From assembly GCA_002633005.1 (NCBI GenBank), contig NMRA01000230.1, forward strand, positions 556,201 through 620,200: a DNA stretch of 64,000 nucleotides. The letters are read 5' to 3'. Under the pieces are notes generated by a model. The model did no database searches. It was not told the origin of the DNA and saw only the letters and a program-made list of their open reading frames with translations. Below are positions 49,430 through 62,639 of the stretch, in pieces (position 1 is the stretch's first letter; each line of letters starts with the position of its first letter). A program made the position numbers and the translations under genes. The DNA comes from Phoronis australis. Its lineage: Eukaryota > Animalia > Phoronida.

Positions 49430-50660
49430 CTAACTTAGTTTTTTTGTTCACACTCTACACGTCACATTTTGCGACCAATTTCCACAAAATTTATACTCTC
49501 GCTCAAACATACCAAGTAGAAGCTCAATGTTTTTCGTCACAATCAGATTCAATAAGGCGGATCAAGAGGCCGTTTTGTTTTCAATTTCAGATTCAAAGCA
49601 CATAGAAGTCGCACTTTTGAGGTACACTGCTGAATATTGATACTATTATTATAGCAGACGTGTACTACAGTTGTGGCGGAAATCAATCCCTTCCAGTCAA
49701 ACATAGCGCAATAATCGACCATTATGTGGGCAATAGAGTTTCGGGAAGAAAACGTTTTGTCCCGTAGAGGGTGTATTATAGGATTAATTGCTTTGAAAAT
49801 TTTCATGTGTTAGATTCGTGTAGCTTTCTTTATTATCAGTGATGCTTAACAGTAAGTTGCCTTGAAAGTGACGGATGTGACACATTTTCGCCAACTTTCA
49901 GTTGTGCTAAGGGGGGGGGGGCTTTTAAATGGGAAGAGCAAAGGACGTAATTTTGCATGTGGATTCTCTAAGATATACTTTTTAAAATCAACACAAACAA
50001 TTTTTTCCCAGACATATTGAGTTTTATTTGACTTTCACTTTGAAAAAAAATGCAAATTAATATTGAATTTTTTAAAAATCTGTGGACATTTGTGAAACTA
50101 ATCTGTAACATGGAGTTTTGAACAGGAATTCAGATGTTTTCCTCTTTTCAATAGGATGTCTCGTGTTCAATTTATCCACGATTTTTTGATGCTGATATTA
50201 ATTTCTGGATTCAATTTTGCTGCACTTTTGTTGGTTTACCTACGGAACAAGAATATTTCATACTCATTTTTACATCTGCATTCATCATCAACATGGTCAT
50301 CATTGTCACCATCATCATCATCATCATCATCACCATCTCTCGTCATCATCCCCAGTGTAGTCTTTTCATCAATTTCGCCAAGTATGTTGCTCTGACACCT
50401 ATTTTTGTTTCTTTGTTTGCGGGATACAAGTCGCATTTTTCGACTAATCTGCACGCAATTTACACACAACCAGTTGTTCCAGATGGACTGGATGCAAATT
50501 GCTTTTTGCCATGATAGGATTCCAGAAGGTGGAAGTGGTGGCCATTTACTTTTCAAATTCAGATTCAAATGTCCCAGAAGCCCTACATGTAATGTTTGAC
50601 ATACATGACTGAACATCGGGTACCAGAAGTGTACTACAGATGTGCCGGAAATCAACAAAT
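49430..50660. repeat. Two old diverged direct copies of an about 250-bp segment (49440-49686, 50400-50656) with a (CAT)n microsatellite at 50283-50350
   Basis: Shared ttcaa(a/t)ttcagattcaaa and gtgtactacag(t/a)tgtg(g/c)cggaaatcaa blocks in the same order. Confidence 0.6.
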
Positions 50661-52023
50661 TTCGTAAAAAGTTCCTGTTATGAAACTAAACCTGTCATTT
50701 GTAAATGAGCAAGTATAGTTCATATACCGTAGGGTAATTGATTCTGAGAGTGACTTGAGTTTATAATTACGAGTCGCACCAAAACAGTCTTTTCTAATGT
50801 AGGCATTTGAATATTTTTTTCAAAAATGACCAGTCCCAACGCTAAAAATTCATTGAATTCAGTGACAAAAAAGCCACAAACAATTTGATTTTGATTCGCT
50901 TGTATCATTTAAATTACACAACTTAAAACATGAGATCCTAAGTTAGCACTGGTAAGTGACATCAGACAATTTATTATTTTTCAGTTATATAAGTACAGTT
51001 GACTCTCGAATACAGATTTTATTGTGTTTTAGGGTCCGAAATTCTGGAATAAATGTGGTGAAGTAGGCATGATTCAAAGTTTGTTCTCGTAGATTGTAAC
51101 ACGTTACCTATCAGAAACATCACTGGTTTCAAGGTAAGTGATTTGATACCTTAACAGTAGAAGCCAACTCGGCAAAATTGAGTGTCCTTGTCACGACAGG
51201 TAATGACACGGCAGGGCAAGTAAAAAGATTCTTGTCTTGACTCCCCCCTCTTCTTGATTGCCGATCCACTGACACGGATTGCCTGGGTGGCAGGTCTGTT
51301 AGTCTCTGGGTTTTCCATTTTGGAAGACGTGAGTGGCGTTGCCTACGGTTGCGCGCAATTAACTGTTTAACTCGGGCTTACAAAATTTATCTTTCATACG
51401 TTCAGCCCTTCGTAGAACGATATATTATAGATAACGAGTACCTATGGTAGGATTCACGAAAAGTAGGAAAATCGGGTAGGTGGATGTGGTATTTCAGGGG
51501 AAGAATTTCGCTGTTGGTTCCTCCACTTATGTTTCATGAAAAATAGCTAGGAAAGTTTTAAGTAAACTGTGTTGCATAAGGTTGTTGACAGAACTGCATT
51601 GTTGGAGATAACTTTCTGCTGGAATATTTCCCTGGCAAATTTCGGAAAATGTTAATCTTGTTAGGAATGATTTCAACCTTGGACTGATGAGGTGTTGTTT
51701 TTTATTGTTGTATTTGATTGAAAATCTTTCGCATCCAGGAGCTTTTGTGGTTGGGTATTTGTCGCAGGTAAGGTCGCGCCCCGCGTCATTATGGCGCATA
51801 CATATAGTTTGGATTCTCAGGTCAGTGACCCTCTTTGTTCTACGATTATTGGTTTAATTGTACAACGTGATCTCTTTGTCTCGTCGAAACACTGGGCCAT
51901 CTTCCACAATTCTCTGCAAATTTCAGTTTGCACTCAATTTCACTTTGAAGTATCAGCACTCTCCGTCTCTTCACCTCATTAAGGAATTGTACCTTGTTTC
52001 CTGCTTCGTTCTGCACTAAACAT

Positions 52024-52625
52024 ATGCCCCCTAGTTGTTTGATTTTGGGGAGTTCTTATGTGCATTGGCTAGACGCCTATCTTAATTCGCCTGCGGCGAC
52101 CGACCAGGGTTTGACCAATCTGAGTTTCCACGAGTCCTCTGTATCAACTCCTTAGGGTTGTCCGGAGCCACACTCGCCCCTGGCCCTCGTTCGGTTCGCC
52201 ATTTAATCCCGGCCATCGCCGAATTCTCGGCCACTTTAGTGTTCCTACAGATCGCCGGAAACAACCCGTCTCGTCCCCAGTCTCACCCTTTGTCTCTGGC
52301 CTATGACCTAATTTCGTTTTCCGAGTCTATCCTCCAGTCTTACCCTTCTGTGCAGTCGGTCATCATCGGCATGGTGTTCCTCCGTTTCCACGACGACGGC
52401 ACTTTTAATACGCGTTGCCAGTCCCTTAACTTTCACCTCAAACGCCTCCTCGCCGACCATCCCAGAGTCTTCCTTTGGACCCATAGGGGCGGGTTCTGGC
52501 AAGACCCTTTACACCTTTACCGCCCCGACTTCATTCACCTTAACCCTTCAGGCATCCGCAAGCAAGCTCTCAGCGTCCGCTTCCCTTTCAGACATCACCT
52601 CCGCCGCCTGGGTCTCCTCTCGTAA
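52024..52625 (+). pseudogene. SGNH/GDSL hydrolase ORF with one frameshift, retroelement-associated
   Basis: MPPSCLILGSSYV (block I), LGLSGA (block II), VFLQIAGNN (block III), PDFIHLN (block V DxxH); frameshift near 52140-52150. Confidence 0.8.
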
Positions 52626-52774
52626 TTGCCCCTTATCTCATACCCCAAATTACTGAGTTACTCCCTTGTATATTTTCAGTATGCAAGTTCATATCCAGTA
52701 TTGCCCCATTCCTCAGCCCCCTTTCACATCTTTTTTCATTATTCAGCTTATGGATTACTACTTTCAGGTACGAC

Positions 52775-53025
52775 TGTCCGGTAACCCACTGGGTGTTTAC
52801 TTCAGTTTACTACGTCAATGCAGTGGTCCCCCTACACGGACTACTTGATCTGGTAGCATCTTGGTTGCCTACTTCAGTTTACCCTTCATACGGCTTGATC
52901 CGGCCATTCGGACCCGTCTATCTGGCAACAACTTGGGTGTTTACATCAGTTTACACTTCATCAGTGGTCCTCACTTAGACTACTCTATCAGGTAACACCT
53001 TGGGTGCTTACTTCAGTTTATAATT
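52775..53025. repeat. Four degenerate tandem units of about 70 bp (ggtaac..ttgggtgtttacttcagtttac)
   Basis: Cores at about 52780, 52852, 52923 and 52990. Confidence 0.7.
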
Positions 53026-53345
53026 CTCTTTCATTTTATTCAATTATTCCCGCTTGATGCTGGCGTGGCAGATCAATTTATACGAGCTTATATTATTCAT
53101 TCCTAAGTCCTGCACCTTTGGTGTCTACTTTCTCTTTCAGTTCCGTTTACTTTGCCAATTTATTCATAGGTCCCCGTTTTACAATGGGTTCGACCATTCA
53201 GATATCACTTACTTAATCCTTAGTTCTTAATGTTCAGTGTAATAGTAATTCAACTCTCCAAGTTCTTCTTACCGCTCCAGCCATTACAGTGCTGGCCAGT
53301 TGTTTCAGTGGTCCATTTCTGCTCCCTTTACTCTTCCTTTTCAGC

Positions 53346-54090
53346 ATGCCACGTAAATCAACCCGTAAAACTGCTTCGCCATACCAGTCTCGTGGATCAT
53401 CTCGCCAAGAGCCATCCGTAAACCCTCCGTCGTCCACTTCATCTCTAACTTCGGACCTCGTTGCACAACTATGGGACAATTCAACACTTCGAGATGCCCT
53501 AAGGTATCTACTCGCCAATGATCCAGCTCGGCCCTTGGAGGCCTCCCCCCAGCTCGCCATCAATAACATGGTGACTCCTTCAGCTGTTCACCAGCCTACA
53601 GTAACGCCAACCATCCTCACTTCTATCTCACTGCCTAAATCTTCAGCAGCTACGGACACATCAACAGCACTGGATCACCATATGCCACACGTTGCAGGTA
53701 ACCTTGACGCCTCCGTACATACTTCTCTGGCTTTGGGCTCCACTATGTCGATTTTGGTCTCCTAATTAACCCGGTGTCATCCCACACCTCCAGCTCTCCA
53801 TAGTTAACCATCAACCAGTTTTTTCACCAGTACCCCCAAATCTCGCTCCATCAACAACATGTTTCAGTGGAACTAGGCATTTCTCATCTATTTAGCCATC
53901 TACAACACCCGTCATCCACATCAAGCACCTCATCTCGCAAAGTTTTGTCATACCACAATCTCCATTAACCACCATTTCGGTTTTGCCCCCGCCATGTTTT
54001 ACGATCAATAGTTTTGTCAATTTCGCTCAGCGTAACCCCTGTTCCTTGGGAAACCACCAATATGGAACTCTGAAATCAGGTTATCCTCCA
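53346..54090 (+). pseudogene. Gag-like ORF1 of a tyrosine-recombinase (DIRS/Ngaro-like) retrotransposon, decayed
   Basis: MPRKSTRK N-terminus and Ser/Pro-rich linker, then SINNMFQWN*AFLIYLAIYNTRHP...LAKF...FYDQ*FCQFRS...PWETTNMEL*, matching the WxxAFxIYxxI...YDxQFR...W...LW pattern I associate with DIRS-group gag. Confidence 0.7.
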
Positions 54091-54199
54091 ATCTCACAAA
54101 ATTTCATTTCCCTCTAACTACCCCAATTCCATCCGTACTAACTACCCACGCACTCAGTCCTTTCGTTCCCAATTTCTCCAACCATGTTCAGCTGCACAA

Positions 54200-54610
54200 G
54201 CATGCAGCAAACAGGCCGTAAGCTTGCGGCAAACAATTTTGTTTGCAGCAAACCAGCCGCAAAGTTTGCAGGAGTTTGCCGCTACCCGCAACTCAGCCGC
54301 ACACATTGCCGCAACCTTTCTGCAAACACTGAAGTTTGCAGGAATGTTGCGGAAAACTTGGTGATTGAAAAAGTGTTTGCGGGAAAGTTGCAGGAAACTT
54401 TATTGATGAAAAAGTGTTTGCTGGAAAGTTTTGCAGGAAACTTAGTTGATGAAAAAGTGTTTGCGGGAAAGTTGCAGGAAACTTTTTTGGTGAAAAAGTG
54501 TTTGCGGGAAAGTTGCAGGAAACTTTATTGGTGAAAAAGTGTTTGCAGAAAAGTTGCAGAAAACTTAATTTGGTGAAAAGTGTTCTCAGGAATAAGTGAA
54601 AAAGTGCTTG
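54200..54610. repeat. Tandem repeats of about 40 bp (gaaaaagtgtttgcgggaaagttgcaggaaactt), probably the subterminal array of a DNA transposon
   Basis: About six copies visible at 54340-54600; no terminus or TSD identified. Confidence 0.75.
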
Positions 54611-56689
54611 CACGAAACTTCAATGTTTAAGGTGTTAGCATTAAGATTTTGACAATGTTAGGAAATGTGAAATTGTTTTTTATTTTCTAAATTTCAAAAC
54701 CTTAAATCCCAGAACCTATGAGGGCAGTTACTTATTTTAGATAACTTAACTAAATGTGAGCTATTGTTGGGTAAGTTACATTGTTAAAAACAGCAAATGC
54801 TCAAAGATGACCAAATGCGACCTAAAACACTAGAGAATATAATTGAATCTGAATGTACATGTACTGCGTTGCTTATTCCGTCACTGTACTTAACAAATTT
54901 TAAACTTTCATACTGCTGTCAAAGTCAATACAGCAAAATATTAAATGCAACTGCTTTAAAACAACAAAGGCAGTGTATACCTGCATGTTTTTTAAACAAG
55001 CATAATAAATATCAATACAAACCATGCACAAATAACTATGATCTAGTTTTACCAAATGTGCAAGTATTAGCATTTAGAGCAATTTGTACTTTTCCAACAT
55101 TTGAAATTATCTCATAATCAGGTGGTAGCAGCCACTGTAGCTACAGTAAAATTTTGTCTATTTCGTACAAAAATAATTGCCAAAAATTGCTCATTTTGAT
55201 TGTTCAAGGACATTTAGCATTGTTGTGAAGACTCACAATTTTTCAAAAAGTTGTCTGTCAGCAGCTATGGTACGGACTTCATGGCTCGGGATTCTTGTGG
55301 TACTGCACATTATTTATGAAAAAATAAATTTCACTAGTGAATCAATCCTTATGTTATTACAAGCTACGCGTCCTTACTAGTACTCGAAAGACGTACAGCC
55401 TCGATAACCCGGCAATATTACATTCATCGAAATAGGGAGAATTTGACACCTTTCCGTGAGTTACAAGAATTCTTGAAAATCCGGGAACTTCCAACCTAAA
55501 GCTCATTGAGAGGGTTGGCGAAACCACTTTATTTCTCTGGCCTGATTATTTCGAATATACGTTTTATCTAGAGCACTGCAATCAGAAACTTGGTGGGGCA
55601 GACAGTGTGTCTAAAATTGGAGGTATTGATGTGGTGTGGTTCTTGAACTTAAATTTGCGACCATGAGAAGAAAACACAGTGACAAAGCGTTCAAGGTATT
55701 AAATTTTGAAGCAAATCCATGACCCGGGACAATAATTTGTTTCTTGTATTATAATTCACATTGCCAAACCACAGCCCCCAACGTTGTCGTTGCACTCTTT
55801 CTTATTATCAATTTTAATCAAAAATGGGTAAACGCGCGTTTCCTTAGCACTGGACGCCGAATCATCAATCTTCAAAAGTCGGGGATGGGCGCTTAACCGA
55901 TAGGTGGGCGCTTAACTTGAAATCTTCAAAAATCGCAGGAGGGTGCTTAACCGAGCAGTGAGTCGTTAAATCGAAAATCCACCTAAAGTAGGGAATGGGC
56001 GGTTAACTGAGCATGGGCGTTAACCCGAACGATTGCGGTATTACTTAACTTCCTATTCACCACTTATGTATACCCTCATTGCTGCTAGGCAGATTGTCAC
56101 CCACCTTTACAGTTCAACATATTATGTAACTTTTGTAATTACCGATATCTGTAGTAGTTTAATTTGTCATAATATATATGACCTTTTATCTACACGTGTT
56201 GTTTCACTGTAAACTAGCTTCCGTATTCCTTCGCAGTTACCGCATATAAAAATATGTGGGCGCATAAAAATCGACTACCAGCAGTTAGTTAAAGGCAGAT
56301 TCATCCTACAGTTTCAAAATATGTAAATAACATAAGGACGCCTTATTTCCTGAGTTGATGTTTTAAGAAAAAAATCTAATTAAACGACATATTCACTGAG
56401 TGTAACAGAGTTTCCAAGGTAATACGCATGTCACTGAAGTACCCACCGATGTAGGGCTCAATATGCCTTCACATAAACATTCCCACTAAATAAGATTGGC
56501 CCAAACCCCGCCTATCAGGGTAAACGGTGGGATTTGAAAGATTGAACTAGACCGTACTTATCCACCTTGGCTGAGTTGCACTCGGCTCACGACCAAAGGG
56601 ATGCCGCCAAGTTGCTGTATTCATCGAGTCACGAGCGAGGATAATTGGCTTCGCTCATGCGGATATGATCAGCTGATTACAATCTAGCG

Positions 56690-58357
56690 TAGCAGACTGT
56701 ATTTTTGTGGAGAGTTTTATGCAGTTTTTACTGTAATATTTGAAAAGAGGAGCGAAAACAAATATAAGTACATTGAATTTTTCAAATCGGCCCAGGATAA
56801 GAGATTTTGCAACACACCAACACTCACGATTACTTTCATTCGGCGCGCACGAATACAAAAATATAGGACCCAAGTTATTTAGATTTTGGAACACATGCAA
56901 TGCAATATTCAAAATACATTTATTATGAATCTTACAAGCTGTAAAACGCCGTTGTTTAATTTCACTGTGCTCATTCATTGTCATCCGTAAAATCGGCAAT
57001 TTCCGAGATGTGATCTGCGGCGTGCGCGTATGCGTACAAAACACGTGATGTTATGTTCCTGAAGTACGGACATTAAGAAACTTTAGCATGCCGTTATTAT
57101 TGACAGGGACACGATAAAATAAATTTGGATTTTGACTATAGTCTTCAAACAGCGAGCTGGCTGACCACTGCGTCAGTGTCTCCGTTAGACCCAGAAATTT
57201 CACACAGCCCGGGTAGTTCACCTTGTCACCAACATATAGATCGAGCCTTGGACTATTAATGTTTCACTCCACGGTAGAGTTAACGGCCTTCGGCCTGTGC
57301 ACACAAAATCTGTGAGTTAACCGGCACTCACCTTGCACGTTGCAGCCGTTTAAGTGAAAAACAATCTAGTAAACGCCATTTTCTTGCACAATCTCCCGCC
57401 TTTTGTAACAAAAAAGACTGTCGTCGATGACCTGCACATGCACTCAATCTCATACGCAGACGAACTTCAAAACAAACGTCACGTGACAACAAAATGTATG
57501 TTCATCCAGAGATTTTTCTCGTGTTGTGGGGTACAATGTAGTGCAGATTTGGACTTAATTCCAATTAATCTGGATTCCAAATGAACTTTAAAAATTGTAA
57601 AACATAAGGAAGATTTCAGGTAATTTGTTGAGTCGAAACTATATTTTTATTCAAGAGTTCAAGTTTTCCTATTGACGATGGCGATTCAGCGACGCATCAG
57701 TCAGCAAGTTTTCGCCCAGAGATGAGAACAATTTTTTGAAAAATTATCGTAATTTAACAACGGAAGTTCATAGCAATGCACCACAATTTTGTAGAAAGAC
57801 TGTCACAGGCTAAAAATACGTCACAGATTTCAGGTAATTTGTTGAGTCGAAACTATGTTCAAGTTTTCCTATTGACGATCGCGATTCAGCGACATATCAG
57901 TCGGCAAGTTTTCGCCCTAGGATTTCAGCACAATTTTTTCAAAAATGATCGTAATTTAACAACGGAGTTTGATAGCAATGCCGCACAATTTTGTAGAAAG
58001 ACTGTCATAGACTACAAATACGTCACAGAGCGTAAATTTGATGAATCCTCATAAGCTTACGATTTTACCCGTTTCGGAAACCGGGCTTCAGCTGCCTTAG
58101 GCTACAATAAGTGTCCCTTCCCTGTGAAATGAATTTTCCTAAGTGTTTATTTGAGCCAATACAGTAATGAGCTTTCCACCAAGGCTAGGTGGTGCTATGA
58201 CATTATTCTTTGTTGCATTAGTTAATGGGTCTTGGCTAATTATCATTTTATGGCCTGGTCATCCATTCAGCCAAAAGTAGTTCCAGAGGTGGCTTATCAG
58301 CCAATTATTCAGGCATGCTGACTCACAATAGAAGCCTGATAAAAGTGAAGGTGGATA
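56690..58357. repeat. Left arm of a large inverted duplication (MITE body plus flank)
   Basis: Reverse complement of about 62692-63997; ORFs 56655-57044(-) and 63697-63966(+) are near-identical mirror images. Confidence 0.9.
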
Positions 58358-60133
58358 GATAGGGGGGTTAGCTTCCACAACTCTCTTATATGACTTACTG
58401 TCCCTGTCGCCCAAGAAACGAGTGTACTGTACCTCACTCCATGTGTTGCTAATGAGCAACGAAATATCGAGACCAATCCAGCAGGCTCCATAGCTCCAGC
58501 ACTGCCATCATGATTGGCTTCACAATCCACATGTGACTGCTTCCACTGCAAGAATTCTTGTTCACTTTTTTCTTTTTGTGAATGGCACAAGCATTGCAGT
58601 AGTTTGATAGAGTGTGGACATCAATAACTTTACTTTTCTTGTCGTTGACAGATAATACTGTTGTCACTCCATTTTTGCTTGAGAAGCCTCGTTTCTGTCA
58701 TGTTCTGTCACATAACACAGTCAGGTCGACTACGTCATCTGCTTCTGACGTGGGATTCTCAGTAACGCGGGCTTCTTCAATTACCGTATTGAATGAATGC
58801 TTTGCAACAGTTTCAGTAGCACGATGTATCTTAATTGATCTTATGTCTTCCACACTGTGTCAGACTGGGGCGGTGGCATGTTCATGTTGCTGAGGAAGCG
58901 ATGCCCCTCAGTGCTCTATTTCTCCCAATGGCAAACATGGCAAGCGGGAATCGTCGATTCACATCAAACAACAAGTTGTTCCCACTGACTTTTTCAGACG
59001 ATGTCAAAATAATACTGTAGTCGCAGTCACGACACTCCAACCTGAAGTCTGATACCATACCGACTCTAACTTCACTTCACTTTTTTGTGTACTGTGATTT
59101 CTTATGAAGATTTTACTTTTGGCCAAAACCTTTGAGTCAACTCGTCGGCCATTGTAATACTTGCACGGACTGCGTTTCCTGGCCGAGTGTGTGTTGTGCT
59201 TTAATCAAAAAAGTGCATGATGTCAAGATGAGAAACAAGGTGTGCAAGTTAAGGGATAAAATGAGCTGTCAGTGGAATAAAGTTGCAAATAATCATTGAA
59301 GTACTAACTTTAACATTCTCGATTAGTTGAGTTTTGGATTAGAATTATTGAATTTGAAATATAGGTTGCTTGCTCAACTCGAATTTTCACCTACGACAGG
59401 CGTACAAGTTCAAGCACAACGGAAATCCGCCATGTTTAATATTTTAGGTCCTTGAATTCCGAGTTTTGAGATTGTTTTGGAAATTCCATCGCCAATTCAC
59501 CACTCACGAGGATCTAGGAAAGATAAGGCTTCGAAGGTTTATGCAACACCAGACTGAGGGAGGAGCACGCAGATTTTACTTGGATTTTGGACAGTTGAAG
59601 TTGGGAGCCTGACGGCTTGGCAAAGTTTTAGTGTCCAACCTTTACGTTTCTTACATATGGTTATGAGTCATCGGGAAATTTGAGCGCCTGTGGAGAACAG
59701 CAAGCGCAAGGAAACAGATATGGCTGACACAACAGTCACCTAGCAGTAAGCTAGCCTGTGATTGGCTGAATAAGAAAACATCCCAATCCCCCTATGTTGA
59801 TAGTGACCAATGAAATGGCTATTTTGTTTTAAATGTTTTTGATGTTTGAACTGGAACTGCTCTGCACATCAAGAGCACCCAAATGACGTTTAAATGACGT
59901 TTCTAGGATAAAAATTAGGAAAGTTATGGACACCTAAAAATCATGAATATTTAATTAGCTAGAAATGGAGCCCAGGAATTTATAGTAGGTTTGAAAAAAC
60001 ACTATTTTAATATAAAAATGCATTGATATGCACTGCAGGATGAAATAAAACTGAAAGAAGACATGTTAATTATGACTTTTCTGAAAAAAAATTTTTTTGA
60101 CAAAATATTGATTATGGATAGGTTAGCCTTGCC
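58358..60133 (-). mobile_element. Truncated Kolobok-type DNA transposon with a decayed DDE transposase (the family often annotated Mutator-like) at about 58360-59170
   Basis: Frame-shifted FDVNRR...LTVLCDRT*QKRGFSSKNGVTTV...KVIDVHTLSNYCNAC...CEANHDGSAGAMEPAG...RY/RFLGDRDSKSY; terminus reads TTAA|GG at 60137-60132 on the minus strand. Confidence 0.75.
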
Positions 60134-60574
60134 TTAAGTGATCAAATGTAAGGTACAATGATCGAACATTACGTTCAAATCACCCAGTCCATCGCTAGTT
60201 GACTGGCAACAGTTCTACGAAAAAACATCCTTTGTTTCAATCATCAACATCATCTATCTTAATCAGTGGGCAAGCAATAAAGCAAAAGTCACAAATTTTC
60301 AAATAACTATTGCTGCAGCCGTAGGCAGTGCAAAAAGCACCATGATTGCTTTTTTACAGACCGCAGACGTCATATCTTGCTGGTTTCGTTATTTGCACAT
60401 GCCCGCTAGACGGCTCTACAGTCCATGAAACAACAATGCCCGCCACTGGCTGTCCAATGGGATTTTGTTAGGAGATTTGTCCCCCTCTCTACATGTACAG
60501 TCTCTGATTTTAGTAGTGGAGTCCATTTGCCAAATTTTATGGAAATTCACGAGGAACCTTGGAAAATACAATTA

Positions 60575-61210
60575 ATCTGGACTCCGCATGAACATTAAAA
60601 ACTGTAGAACATAAGGAAGATTTCAGGTAATTTGTTGAGTCGAAACTATATTTTTATTCAAGAGTTCAAGTTTTCCTATTGACGATGGCGATTCAGCGAC
60701 GCATCAGTCGGCAAGTTTTCGCCCTGTGACGAGCACAATTTTTTGAAAAATAATCGCAATTTAACAACGGAAGTTCATAGCAATGCACCAAAGTTTTGTA
60801 GAAAGACTGTCATAGGCTAAAAATACGTCACAGAGCGTAAATTTTATGAATCCTAGCTGCGGATTTTACCCGTTTGGGAAACCGGCTTTCAACTGACGTA
60901 GGCTACAATAAGAATCCCCTCCCCGTGCAATGAATTTTTCTAAGCGTTTATTAGAGCCAATACAGTATACAGCATTCCACCAAGGCTAGGTGATGCTACA
61001 ACATTATTCTTTGTTGCATTAATTTAGTAACTGGTCTTGGCTAATTATCATGGCCTGGTCATCCATTCAGCCAAAAGTAGTTCTAGAGGTGGCTTATCAG
61101 CCAATTATTCACGCATGCTGACTCACAATAGATGCCTGATAAGAGTGAAGGTGGATAAATGTGGTGTTCCTACAGTTTCTTGTGCTAGTGAATGTGTTCA
61201 CCACATGACA
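60575..61210. repeat. Third, partial direct copy of the 57570-58357 segment
   Basis: Colinear with the left arm and inverted relative to 62640-63290. Confidence 0.88.
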
Positions 61211-62639
61211 TGCACAGGTATCCTTCTGCAACCAGAGGATATCAAAACTTGTGCTCAAATTGGCCAAGAGGATTCTAACACCATGGCTGGTGTTCTGGTA
61301 GTTGGGTTGATATATGCTTGCAGCTACCTAAAATGCCCTCATGGGCTGGCGGCTGTTGTGATTACACCCTAACCTAGGCCATGGGACAAACTAACACAAA
61401 ATTCCTACTTTTCATTTAAAATTCCTAATCATGCACTTGGATATATGGTACTATCCCAAGTAATGGTAAAAATAGAAATAATCATGAATGCAGTGAGTCA
61501 TTGACTTGGTGACTTAGCAATGTTTGCTCCATGTATGGGTGGGTGCACATTGTTACCGACTGCTACTAACAGCTTTCAAAGTGATGATAGACTGAAGAAT
61601 TTATTAATCTCGACAGTACGTTCACGAGTCCACTCAAACAAAGTGACCGACATCATGTCTGTTCTATGCTCCAGCAAGTGCTGCAAAGCCTTGACTTGTG
61701 ATGAGTTTCTGCGACACTCCCAGCAACTGTACATTCAATTCAATAAGCTACTGTCTTATAGCTGGCTCTCTATTGACAAACTGTCACATTCAGACTAGGG
61801 TGTTTTCTCTATTAGTTCATACACAGCCTTCGAAACATGGCGTTTGTCTCTAAAAATTCGAACAGCAGCTGTCCGAAGGATAAATAGTTCGTAAACATTT
61901 GCGTCAGAAAAAATAATTTGTACATGCTTTTTGGATCGGTAAAATGGAAATTTTCATACTTATACACAGCCTGAGGAACAGCTTGACGTCAAACACGAGG
62001 TAATTGTTTCTCATTAATGTCTACTTTTTAGGGTCTAGAAAATCGCTATTTTGGTGTTGAATGCAGCTGCAGTTAAATTAAACGATTTTGGACTTTTTAA
62101 TAGTTTTTATGTTAGCTCAACTTGGCGTAAAGGATTTTAAATTGACCACTTCATAGTTCCTGATTTAACCGCTAGGGGGACCTCGTGATGTTTCTGTTGT
62201 AAACACAGCCGGCTGTCCCGAGTTGACAGTTCATGTTTTAAGATTTTAATAAGGTAATGCAGATTTTTTGCTTTGTATTGTATTTCTTAAGTTCACTAGC
62301 TAGGCTTTTAGTAATACTCACCAGTTAAAAGTACATCTACCTAAAGGCCAAGCTCAAATAAAATGCAATGCTGGAGTGCCTGGGGTTCACTTATATTGTT
62401 GTCAGCTAAAAATTGCTAGTACTTTTTCTGCAAAACTTGAAGGTCCCACACAGGGTCCAATACTCCAATAGGCCCCTAAAATTCCATTTCGTCCAGACAA
62501 AAGGCCCATTGCAAAAGTGGGTGGGGATTACCATATTTGGCACCTACGGATCTCTCTCAGCATATTGGTAATCACCTGCGGATGCCTTGTCAGTAACAGC
62601 GAGAGCCCCCTCATTACCAGCAATTCGTAAACTAGGTCA

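Noticed and set aside
52775-53025. CRISPR-like repeat-spacer pattern
   Set aside because: Repeats are degenerate, spacers resemble each other, there are no cas genes, and the context is a eukaryotic retroelement.
56655-57044. Duplicated protein-coding gene pair with 63697-63966
   Set aside because: The similarity comes from the inverted repeat arms; no domain, and the frames differ by indels.
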